Assembly: GCA_034670305.1 (NCBI GenBank)
Contig: JAXMNT010000039.1
Location: forward strand, 1-64,000
Direction: 5' to 3'
Length of the DNA: 64,000 nucleotides
Source: Deltaproteobacteria bacterium
Lineage (GTDB): Bacteria > Myxococcota_A > Polyangia > Polyangiales > Houyiibacteriaceae
Shown here: positions 8,741 through 16,532 of the stretch, piece after piece
How positions within the stretch are numbered: the stretch's first letter is position 1
Layout: each line of letters opens with the position of its first letter
Program-made: the position numbers and the translations under genes
The notes under the pieces: generated by a model
The model's database searches: none
What the model was told of the DNA's origin: nothing
What the model saw: only the letters and a program-made list of their open reading frames with translations

Positions 8741-10648
8741 TCATCCAAGCCGCTCGCATGCCCGAAGCAACCGTCGGACGGAGCCATCGATGGCGAGCCG
8801 GCGGGCCTGGCTGGCGTGCGCATCCGCCGGCTCGGTGTGGAGCGCCTCCAGCGCTTCCCGCGCGATCGGTCCCAGCAACCGCGTCGCGGCTTCGTACTGC
8901 GGCAGTCCCTCGATGGCGATGTGGGCCCGCGCCACCGCATCCCGGCTCAGGCGGTCGTGGTAGGCGCGCAGCACGACCTCGTGAAGCACGTTCTGCTGCG
9001 CCACGAATGCGTTGTGCCCGTTGAGCAGCCGCCCATACGCGCTCGGTGAAGCCGCCAGCAGCGCGTACCCCGCTTCGAGATCCCCAAGCGCGACCAGCGC
9101 AGCGCCGAGCAGTCTGCGACCGAGCAAGCCAGGCATCGGTTGGGCGAGGATCGCGTCGCGCACGTTGGGCTGGTTCAGTGCTTCCAGCGCCTCCGCGTGT
9201 TGTTCGGCCTCGAGCAGGGCGCTGGCGAACGAGATGCGCAACCACACCATCTTCGATAGCGCCGACCGGCCGTCGACGTGCCGGCTGATGAGATCGAGAC
9301 CCTCTGCGAACGCCTGTCGCGCTTCGTCCAGCCGGCCAGCGCGACCGAGCGCCTCGACGAGGTACGCCGCGCTCCGGGGCGCGCTCGCGGGTGCGTGGTC
9401 GAGCGCGATGCGGAGCGCGCTGCGTTGGTGTTCGATGGCGGCTTCTGGATCGGAGAGCGAGGTCGCGACGAGGCCCGCGGTGCCGTGACTCCAGATCAGC
9501 TGATCGCGCATGCGCGCTTCCTGGGAGATGCGCACCGCGTTGCTGGCCGCGTCGCGCGCCGTCTCGAAAACCCCGAGCTGCCGCAGCGTCATGGCGCGCT
9601 GCCGCTCCAGCCAGACCAGCGGCGCGTCGGGCACCCCCGCGCGTCCTTCGGGACTCTCTGCGAGTCGCGTGCCGCGGTCGAGGATGCGCATGCTCTCGTC
9701 TGGATCCCCGAGGTGCCGAACCGCTGCGCCGAGCATCGCCAGCACTTGAACGTGCAGGTCGATGCGGCGTGCTGGCAACGTCACGAGGAGTTCTTCCAGC
9801 TGCGCGCGCATGCCGGCCCAGCGCCAACCTTGCCAACCGCTGTTGAACGCCCGGAGCGCGTCGTACACGAGCTCGTCGTGGCGGGGCGCGGGCGGCGGCA
9901 GTTCCGAGAGGGTCGCCTCGAGGAGCGCGTCGGTGTCGGCCACGCCGATGATCTCGACGCCTTCGACTTTGGCCGGAAGCGCGTCGCGGTCCGGCGCCGG
10001 GACGACCAACTTCAGACCCTCGAACGGCGCGCCACGGACTCCGTCGAGCTTGGCCGCCAACTTCCCCACCGAACGCATCGAGCTGCCCTGCAGCGCGCCG
10101 GTGACCACCACGCCCGGCAGCACCGCGCGCCGGGTCCAGAGGCTCATGGCGCTCACGTAGGTCGCCGCCCCGAGCGAGGCGCCACGGATCCGCACGCCTC
10201 GAAACGCGGCCGGTTGCGCGGCGGTCAGGAGGTGCCCGCTCGCGTCTCCGCGCCCTTCGTGGACCGCCGCGAGTTGGAGCGCGCGTCGCACCGCCGCTTG
10301 GGAGGATCGCGACACGCGCATCGCGTCGTCCACGCTGCCGTCGTCTTCTGGCGTGTGGGGACGGAACGTGACGAACAACGTGCGCACGAGCCCGATGCCC
10401 ATGGCCTCGAAGGGCACGAGCACCGCGTGGGAAGGCGCGCCGGCGCCCGCTGCGATCGGCAACCCGAGCTCGAGCGCCTGGGTGCGGACGGCCTCGGAGA
10501 TCGAGCCCGGATCGGCGAGGCGCAGCGCCTCTTCGCACCGTCCCAGCAGGTACCGCCGGACACTCACACCGCGTGCCGCGACCGTCGCCTCCAAGAGTGG
10601 CCCGATGCGTCCGGCGACGATGCAGAGCTGGATGTCTTCAGGCGTCAT
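8741..10648 (-). CDS. Lon-type (peptidase S16) protease domain fused to TPR-like repeats, no AAA+ module
   Basis: IRGASLGAA (Ser codon 10175-10177) ... VVVTGAL..SMRSVGKLAAK (Lys codon 10049-10051, +42 aa) matches the Lon Ser-Lys dyad; C-terminal ~370 aa of TPR-like helical repeats; no Walker A. Confidence 0.75.
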   Translation of the reverse strand: MTPEDIQLCIVAGRIGPLLEATVAARGVSVRRYLLGRCEEALRLADPGSISEAVRTQALELGLPIAAGAGAPSHAVLVPFEAMGIGLVRTLFVTFRPHTPEDDGSVDDAMRVSRSSQAAVRRALQLAAVHEGRGDASGHLLTAAQPAAFRGVRIRGASLGAATYVSAMSLWTRRAVLPGVVVTGALQGSSMRSVGKLAAKLDGVRGAPFEGLKLVVPAPDRDALPAKVEGVEIIGVADTDALLEATLSELPPPAPRHDELVYDALRAFNSGWQGWRWAGMRAQLEELLVTLPARRIDLHVQVLAMLGAAVRHLGDPDESMRILDRGTRLAESPEGRAGVPDAPLVWLERQRAMTLRQLGVFETARDAASNAVRISQEARMRDQLIWSHGTAGLVATSLSDPEAAIEHQRSALRIALDHAPASAPRSAAYLVEALGRAGRLDEARQAFAEGLDLISRHVDGRSALSKMVWLRISFASALLEAEQHAEALEALNQPNVRDAILAQPMPGLLGRRLLGAALVALGDLEAGYALLAASPSAYGRLLNGHNAFVAQQNVLHEVVLRAYHDRLSRDAVARAHIAIEGLPQYEAATRLLGPIAREALEALHTEPADAHASQARRLAIDGSVRRLLRACERLG

Positions 10649-10658
10649 GGTCTGTTGG

Positions 10659-10685
10659 GACGGTCCACGGGCTGCATTACTGACA
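10659..10685 (-). promoter_or_regulatory. ECF-type promoter motif copy 1 (Lon-TPR/sigma/anti-sigma operon)
   Basis: Minus strand TGTCAG-N17-CGTC, 10 nt before ATG 10648. Confidence 0.7.
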
Positions 10686-10752
10686 GAAGCTGGCTGCGTT
10701 GTCTGTCTCGTGGCGGCCAGCGACGCCATTCTGTCAGATTTGTCAGGCGTCC

Positions 10753-10779
10753 TGTCAGACCTGGGAAGACGCACACGTC
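10753..10779 (+). promoter_or_regulatory. ECF-type promoter motif copy 2
   Basis: TGTCAG-N17-CGTC upstream of RBS GGGAGG and ATG 10802; two extra TGTCAG half-sites at 10732 and 10741. Confidence 0.7.
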
Positions 10780-10801
10780 TTGCCACCCAAAGGGAGGACG
10801 T

Positions 10802-11245
10802 ATGGCGGAGAACTTCACGTTGATCGAGGATGAGGAGATCGTGGCCGAGTGGGCCAATCTCGTGCTGACCAACCGGCGCATCGTCGGGTATGGGAGCGAT
10901 GGAGGCCTCGTCATGTTGCCGATCTGCAACATCCACTCGGCCGGGTTCGTCACGGCCTCGGCGGACTGGCTGATCGTGATGGTCCTGCTGGCCGTCCTGT
11001 GTGCGGCGGGTGCGGCGGTTGGTGGCGCCACCTCGTCGAGCCCCGACGGCTACGTCGCGGTCGCTGTGCTCTGCGGATTGCTCGCGGTGGGAGCACTCGC
11101 CGCTTGGCTCTCCTCGAAGTCGACGGTGGTCGCGGTCACCGCGGGCAACCAGCGGGTCGCGGTGCTCATGAAGGGGCACGAGCAGCAGGGCGCCGTCGCG
11201 TTCTGCCGCAGCGTCATCGGCGCGGTGTACAGCTCGAGGGATTGA
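10802..11245 (+). CDS. Small two-TM membrane protein with PH-like (bPH/GRAM-like) segment
   Basis: RBS GGGAGG; LVLTNRRIV motif; two hydrophobic helices. Confidence 0.7.
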   Translation: MAENFTLIEDEEIVAEWANLVLTNRRIVGYGSDGGLVMLPICNIHSAGFVTASADWLIVMVLLAVLCAAGAAVGGATSSSPDGYVAVAVLCGLLAVGALAAWLSSKSTVVAVTAGNQRVAVLMKGHEQQGAVAFCRSVIGAVYSSRD

Positions 11246-11279
11246 GGCGGTGCCGGTCTCCAAACGCCGAGACGCGCCG

Positions 11280-11306
11280 TGTCAGAACCTCGATGCGCCG
11301 CGCGTC
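11280..11306 (+). promoter_or_regulatory. ECF-type promoter motif copy 3
   Basis: TGTCAG-N17-CGTC, 9 nt before ATG 11316. Confidence 0.7.
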
Positions 11307-11315
11307 CTCTTGGAC

Positions 11316-12863
11316 ATGCACCCGACGCCACTCGCTCCGCTCTTCTCGCATCTCGTCGTAGGCCCGGCGCTCGGTTCGCCCGGCGCTTCGCCGGTCCGCT
11401 TCTTCCCCCTGCGCTGGCCCGGCGCATCCGACCGCGCGGCCGTCGCGCTCCCGTTTGCAGAAGCGGTCGCGCGGGGTGCGAGTGCCCGCGAGCTCTCTGG
11501 CAAAGCGAAGGTCGGGTTCATCGCGCTTCACAATCCGCTGCCGGTACCGGTCGTGCTCTTTCAGGGCGACCTGGTGGTGGGATGCAAACAGGATCGCATC
11601 GCGGTCCACACCGTGGTGGTGCCTCCGAACACCACGCTCGAGGTCGAGGTGTGCTGCGTGGAAGCAGGGCGCTGGCAAGACGAGCGTCGAGACGAGCGCT
11701 TCGACGTGAGCGACTTCTCCGCGCCGGGTTCGATGCTCCGCGCGATGAAGACCCACGTGCGTGCAAAAGAGCCGGGCGCTCGACAAGAGCGCGTCTGGAA
11801 AGACGTCGCGGAGATCGCCTCCGAAACCCGGACCCGTACGTCGACCGGGACCCTCACCTCGTCGTTCGAGCTGCTGGGCGTCCCGATCGAAACGCTTCTC
11901 GAGGGCGTGCAGCCAGTGGCCGACCAGGTCGGGGTGGTGGTCGCGATCGGCGACCGCATCGAACACATCGTCGTCGTCGACGCCCCGGCGACCTACGCGC
12001 ACCTGCACCGACGGCTCGCACGCGGCCACGCGCTCGACGTGCTTCGTCGACCACAACGCCCATGCAGCGTCACCGCGCCCGAGGTCACCGAAGTGCTCCG
12101 CTGCGCGGGCGCCTCGCCGATGTCCCTCGAGGAGAACCAGTCCCGACTGCGCACCGACGACCCACTGCCATCTCACGGCAAAGACTCTCGGCGGATCCGC
12201 TTCGAAGGCGACGCGACCACGCACGCGGGCACGTTCGTACACGTCAGTCTCCACACGCCGACCCGCGAGAGCCTCTCCGAGCGTGGCTTCCGTGTGCGCA
12301 CGTCGATGACCGATCCGATCGGCGTCGGCTGGGTCGACCTCGCTGGGCTCATCGGTTCAAAGGAAGGCCATGGCAAAGGCCGCCTCGGCCTCACCTTCGC
12401 ACCGGGCAAACGCGCGTCGAGCCTGTCTGGAACCAGCTGGGTCCGCGACCTCGAGCTCGATCTCCTCCGACTGCGCCACGCCCACCGTGTCGAACACCTG
12501 GTGTGCCTCGTGACCGACCGTGAGCTGCGCGCGTTGCACATGGGCGGCTACGTCGACGCCGTCCGCCGCCACGGTGTGACATTGCACCGGCTCCCGATCG
12601 TCGACGGCCGGGTGCCGTGCGACCTCGACGCGTTGCGGTCCGTGCTCAGCGAGCTCGCCGACATCCTGCGCGCAGGCGGAACCGTGGTCGCACACTGCCG
12701 GGGAGGCCTCGGCCGTGCCGGCACCTTCGGCGCGTGCCTCGCGATGCAACTCGGAGCGAGTGGAAGCGAAGCGCTCGCCCTCGTGCGCGCCGCCCGCGGC
12801 CACAACTGCCCCGAGAACGACACCCAGCGCCGCTTCGTGCTCGACTTCGCAACCGCCGCGTAG
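11316..12863 (+). CDS. ARPP-1 (DUF6569-like) domain fused to a CDKN3-like Cys-based protein phosphatase
   Basis: N..PVVLFQGDLVVGCKQDRI...VCCVEAGRW (ARPP-1-like); GRLGLTFAPGK..WVRDL, LPIVDG, HCRGGLGRAG (CX5R), PENDTQ. Confidence 0.8.
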   Translation: MHPTPLAPLFSHLVVGPALGSPGASPVRFFPLRWPGASDRAAVALPFAEAVARGASARELSGKAKVGFIALHNPLPVPVVLFQGDLVVGCKQDRIAVHTVVVPPNTTLEVEVCCVEAGRWQDERRDERFDVSDFSAPGSMLRAMKTHVRAKEPGARQERVWKDVAEIASETRTRTSTGTLTSSFELLGVPIETLLEGVQPVADQVGVVVAIGDRIEHIVVVDAPATYAHLHRRLARGHALDVLRRPQRPCSVTAPEVTEVLRCAGASPMSLEENQSRLRTDDPLPSHGKDSRRIRFEGDATTHAGTFVHVSLHTPTRESLSERGFRVRTSMTDPIGVGWVDLAGLIGSKEGHGKGRLGLTFAPGKRASSLSGTSWVRDLELDLLRLRHAHRVEHLVCLVTDRELRALHMGGYVDAVRRHGVTLHRLPIVDGRVPCDLDALRSVLSELADILRAGGTVVAHCRGGLGRAGTFGACLAMQLGASGSEALALVRAARGHNCPENDTQRRFVLDFATAA

Positions 12864-12909
12864 AGCGGCCGTGTCGCCAGACGGGGCCCGTCCCTGTCGC
12901 AACCGAACG

Positions 12910-12936
12910 TGTCAGTTCGGCGGTCGCCCATTCGTC
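12910..12936 (+). promoter_or_regulatory. ECF-type promoter motif copy 4
   Basis: TGTCAG-N17-CGTC, 8 nt before GTG 12945. Confidence 0.7.
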
Positions 12937-12944
12937 CCCTTGAG

Positions 12945-14753
12945 GTGCACGCCGATCCGATTCTCTTGCTGGCCGTCGTACTCGCGGTCTCTGCTTGCGC
13001 CGACCCGCCCCCGATCAGGGACGCCCGCGAAGTCTCGTCGCCTCCGGCCGGCTTCACCCGCCTCTCGGACTCCGATGAGGACGCGCGTCAATGGGCGGAC
13101 GAGCAATGGCTCGAGGTCGAACCTCCGGCGCCACCACCCGCCACCCCCACCTGGGTGCGCACTCGGTCGAATGCCGTCGCGCTTCGACCCGACGCGACCC
13201 ACACCGGGACCGCTTGTGGCCGGCTGCGCCTGGGCGTCGTCGCACGCTTCCTCCAGCGTCGCGGCACCCGTGTGCAGATTGAACTCGGCGAGGGGCTCCT
13301 CGTACGGGCGTGGGTGGACGCCTCCGAGGTCGAAATCGGGTCGGGTGAGCCCCCTCCAGATCCCAACCTCGCGCACTCGACGCTCCTCGCCACAGCGACC
13401 GCAGGTGCACAACTCGGCCCACTGCTCACCGTGCCGGCCGGCACGCTCGTGCGCTGCCACGACGTCGCGGTCGCGCGGGTCGACGGAGAACATGCGGTGC
13501 GTCCTGCCGGCGAGCTCGGAGGCGGCATGTCGGCGCTCGTTTCCGGACCGCACGACACGGCGTACGTCTCGGGTCGGCTGGACGGCGTCACTTCGCTCAC
13601 CGTGGGCGGGCGCGCCCGCGTCGTCGACGGGGAGGCCCGGCGGATCTTCGCCACCGCGAGCGAAGACCTGAACATCGGTCGGGTCTCGGGTGGCTACGTG
13701 GTGATCGTGCTCGAGCGTGTGGTCGACTGGGTCCGGGTGCGGGTGCCCGGCGCGGTCGCACTCACCGGGTACATGAACCCGAGCGCGCTCCTCTCGACAA
13801 ACGAGTCGTTGCCGACGGACGCGGTCTCGGTGCCGGGCAACCTGGTGGCGCCGTCCGAGATCGGGTCACTGGTCGCGGTCCGCCCGGCGACGGAGATCCA
13901 GCTCGCGGGCGGAGCCGTCGCGCGGGTCGCGGGCGGCGGTGCCTTCGCCCACGTCCTCTCGGTCGATCGGGTCAACCGCACCGTCGACGCGCTCGTCGCC
14001 GCCAACGACGGGTTGGTGATCCGTGGCTCGGTCGCGCTGCGCGACTTCGATGTGCCCGAAGCCGAGCCCGAGACGCAGCGGGCCCGTCGAACGGTGCGGC
14101 CGCCGCCCGGTCCGCCACCTCGAGTGCGTAGCGCCCACGGCAACGGTGCACCGGGTCCGGTCGTCCGCGCGCTCTATTCCGTGGTCCGCCTGTGGTGCGT
14201 GGATCCGGAGGGTCGCATCGCGACGGGCTCCGCGACCATTGTCACCACCGGAGGTCGGCTGCTCACCAACTTCCACGTGGTGGGTCGCGGCGGGATACTC
14301 ACGCGACCGAACTGCGCCGTCGGACCACTGCGGGATCCGCGACAACCCGTGGAACCCGAATGGGTGGCCCGCGTGGTCGCGCACGACGCCGCGGGTGACC
14401 TCGCGGTGCTGCAGGTTCGCGAAGCGCTCGAAGGGCATCGGCTCCCATCCACATTCAATCGACTGCGCGCGGGCAGCGACCCGGTGATCGGTGACCGCGT
14501 CTACGTGCTCGGCTTCCCAGGCGCGTCCTCCTCGACGACCCATCTCACGAGCGGCGCCGTGTCTGGTTTTCAGCGCATGGAGGGAGCCGACTGGGTCCGC
14601 ACCGACGCGCAGATCAACCCGGGCAACAGCGGCGGCGCGATGATCGATGCCCGCGGTCGCCTGGTCGGGGTGCCGACCGCGCTCCTTCGCGTCGACGATC
14701 CGGTGGGCCTCGCCCGACCCATCAGCGCCGTACCTCGGTCGTGGCTGCGATGA
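12945..14753 (+). CDS. Lipoprotein with SH3-like repeats and C-terminal trypsin-like (S1C) serine protease
   Basis: Lipobox LAVSAC; catalytic triad LLTNFHVV, DLAVL, TDAQINPGNSGG. Confidence 0.85.
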   Translation: MHADPILLLAVVLAVSACADPPPIRDAREVSSPPAGFTRLSDSDEDARQWADEQWLEVEPPAPPPATPTWVRTRSNAVALRPDATHTGTACGRLRLGVVARFLQRRGTRVQIELGEGLLVRAWVDASEVEIGSGEPPPDPNLAHSTLLATATAGAQLGPLLTVPAGTLVRCHDVAVARVDGEHAVRPAGELGGGMSALVSGPHDTAYVSGRLDGVTSLTVGGRARVVDGEARRIFATASEDLNIGRVSGGYVVIVLERVVDWVRVRVPGAVALTGYMNPSALLSTNESLPTDAVSVPGNLVAPSEIGSLVAVRPATEIQLAGGAVARVAGGGAFAHVLSVDRVNRTVDALVAANDGLVIRGSVALRDFDVPEAEPETQRARRTVRPPPGPPPRVRSAHGNGAPGPVVRALYSVVRLWCVDPEGRIATGSATIVTTGGRLLTNFHVVGRGGILTRPNCAVGPLRDPRQPVEPEWVARVVAHDAAGDLAVLQVREALEGHRLPSTFNRLRAGSDPVIGDRVYVLGFPGASSSTTHLTSGAVSGFQRMEGADWVRTDAQINPGNSGGAMIDARGRLVGVPTALLRVDDPVGLARPISAVPRSWLR

Positions 14754-14768
14754 AGTGTGCGCGCGACG

Positions 14769-14795
14769 CGTCAGTTCGTGGAGGGGCCGCGCGTC
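14769..14795 (+). promoter_or_regulatory. ECF-type promoter motif copy 5
   Basis: CGTCAG-N17-CGTC, 9 nt before ATG 14805. Confidence 0.65.
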
Positions 14796-14804
14796 TTGCC
14801 GGGC

Positions 14805-16532
14805 ATGGATGAAAGAGACCCGACGACCACGCGCTACTTCTTCGAACACGTCGGGGAGAGCGCCGGCCCGTTCACCCTCGCGCAGCTCCGGCCGCACGTG
14901 GCCACGGGCGACCTGCAACCGACCACCCGGATGTTGATCGAGGACACGTACGAGTGGGCCCCGGCCGAGACCCTCGTCCCCTCGTTGTTCACCAAGGTCC
15001 GCCCCCGTTCAGGGACGCGGTCCCGGCAGAGTCTCTACGTCGGCCTCGGCCTAGGCCTGCTGCTCGGCGCCGCCGGCCTGACGGCCTTCGCCCTGCTCCG
15101 CGACGGGGGTGGCGCGGCGGCGAACCTCGCGGACGCGGACCTGATGGCGTCGCTCCCTCCAGACGTCGATTCCGTGCAGCTCGGCGACTTCGCGGCCGAC
15201 CCGCTCCTCATCCGCGGCTCTCAACTGGCCGGCATGGGGGGCGGCTTCGACTTGGCCGGCGCGCTCCTCGATCCGGACGACGACATCGTCGACGCGCTCG
15301 TGCGGCCCGACCTGCGTTCTGAGCTGCAACGGTCGGTCGGCGTCGCGTCCGAGCTCGACGGCGTCGGCCTCGTGCGCATGGGCGACACCACGCTCCTCTT
15401 CTTCCACGGCGGGCTCTCGGCGGGCTCCGAAGGCCTCACCCTCACGAACAGCCGCGACCACACGTTCAGTGGCCTCGCGGGCCGGTGCTCGCACGAGGAG
15501 GGCGTCGCCGAGTGCAACGACGGAACCGCGCTCGTCCGAAAGGGCCAGTGGAGCCTGTACGCGCCGCGCCCGACGGTCGAGTCCATGGCGCGCGACTGGG
15601 TCCGCGCCGACCGCCCCGAGACCACCAACATGCAGATCGCGCGCGCGCTGCTAGCGCGGGTCGAAGGCCGCGCCGACGTGCACATCCTGGTGAAACCCGA
15701 GAGCGTGCGCCCGAGCCTCGCCGCGCCGTGCGTCGCGATCCTCGGCCTCGCGGGCCTCATGCGCTGCGTCCCCTCCGGACTCGACGCGACCTTCGCGCGG
15801 CTCAGCGGCCTCGCCCGCGGCATCCTCCGCGAGACCGACGGCACCGCCCATCCGGATCCGGATCGCTACGAGGTCCGCTTCGACCTGCTCGCGCGCGACG
15901 CCCGCGACGCCGAGTCGATCGCGGCCGAGCTCGATGCGTTTCGCCGCGACTGGCGCGCGCACTTCGACAACACCGGCATGGATCTCGTCGCCACCCTGCG
16001 CGCCGGCACGCTCGAAGACGCAGACTTCGTCGAGAGCCGCTACCGCACCTTCGAGCGCGCGCTCGCCGAGTCGACGATCGAAACCGACGACGTCGCGGTG
16101 GTGTGGACCCTCGCCACCGACCTGACGGAAGCCGAACGCGCCGACGTCGTGCGGCGCCTCGCGACCCGAACCGAGCGCCAGCAGCACGCCACGAACGTCG
16201 TCTCCGCCGTGCTCGAGGGCACCACCCCGGCGCGCGGCGACCTGGTCGCCCTTGTTGGCGAAGAGCGGGCCGACGCCATGCTCTTCCCCCGCGCGACCGA
16301 AGAAGACTGCAACGCCATCCGCGCCCGCGTCGCCGAGCTCATCGCGGCTGGCGTGCCCACCCACCAGTTCGGTCTTCGCTTCGAGCAAGAACAGCGCTTC
16401 GCCGTCGGCACCTGCGTCGGCCGCGCGCTCACGCCCGAAGCCCGCGCGTGTCTCGTCGGCGCGCCGGACTTCGCCGCGATGGCCGCCTGCGAGTTGCCCA
16501 CCCTCACCGCCAAACCCGAGACCGCCCCATGA
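14805..16532 (+). CDS. GYF_2 (DUF4339) domain membrane protein
   Basis: YFFE..GESAGPFTLAQL..GDLQPTT...EWAPAE N-terminus, one TM helix, large extracytoplasmic domain. Confidence 0.7.
   Translation: MDERDPTTTRYFFEHVGESAGPFTLAQLRPHVATGDLQPTTRMLIEDTYEWAPAETLVPSLFTKVRPRSGTRSRQSLYVGLGLGLLLGAAGLTAFALLRDGGGAAANLADADLMASLPPDVDSVQLGDFAADPLLIRGSQLAGMGGGFDLAGALLDPDDDIVDALVRPDLRSELQRSVGVASELDGVGLVRMGDTTLLFFHGGLSAGSEGLTLTNSRDHTFSGLAGRCSHEEGVAECNDGTALVRKGQWSLYAPRPTVESMARDWVRADRPETTNMQIARALLARVEGRADVHILVKPESVRPSLAAPCVAILGLAGLMRCVPSGLDATFARLSGLARGILRETDGTAHPDPDRYEVRFDLLARDARDAESIAAELDAFRRDWRAHFDNTGMDLVATLRAGTLEDADFVESRYRTFERALAESTIETDDVAVVWTLATDLTEAERADVVRRLATRTERQQHATNVVSAVLEGTTPARGDLVALVGEERADAMLFPRATEEDCNAIRARVAELIAAGVPTHQFGLRFEQEQRFAVGTCVGRALTPEARACLVGAPDFAAMAACELPTLTAKPETAP

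Noticed and set aside
7914-10538. 874-aa ORF as listed in the track
   Set aside because: The upstream part is an Arg-rich off-frame read of the Lon-TPR gene; only the last ~264-277 codons look like a real sigma-like gene.
8741-10648. Housekeeping Lon, RadA/Sms or BREX BrxL
   Set aside because: No Walker A/B ATPase module; the protease domain is N-terminal and followed by TPR-like repeats; no other BREX genes present.
8741-11263. 840-aa ORF as listed in the track
   Set aside because: Its N-terminal ~200 aa overlap the divergent 10802 gene and the promoter region; the promoter motif supports ATG 10648.
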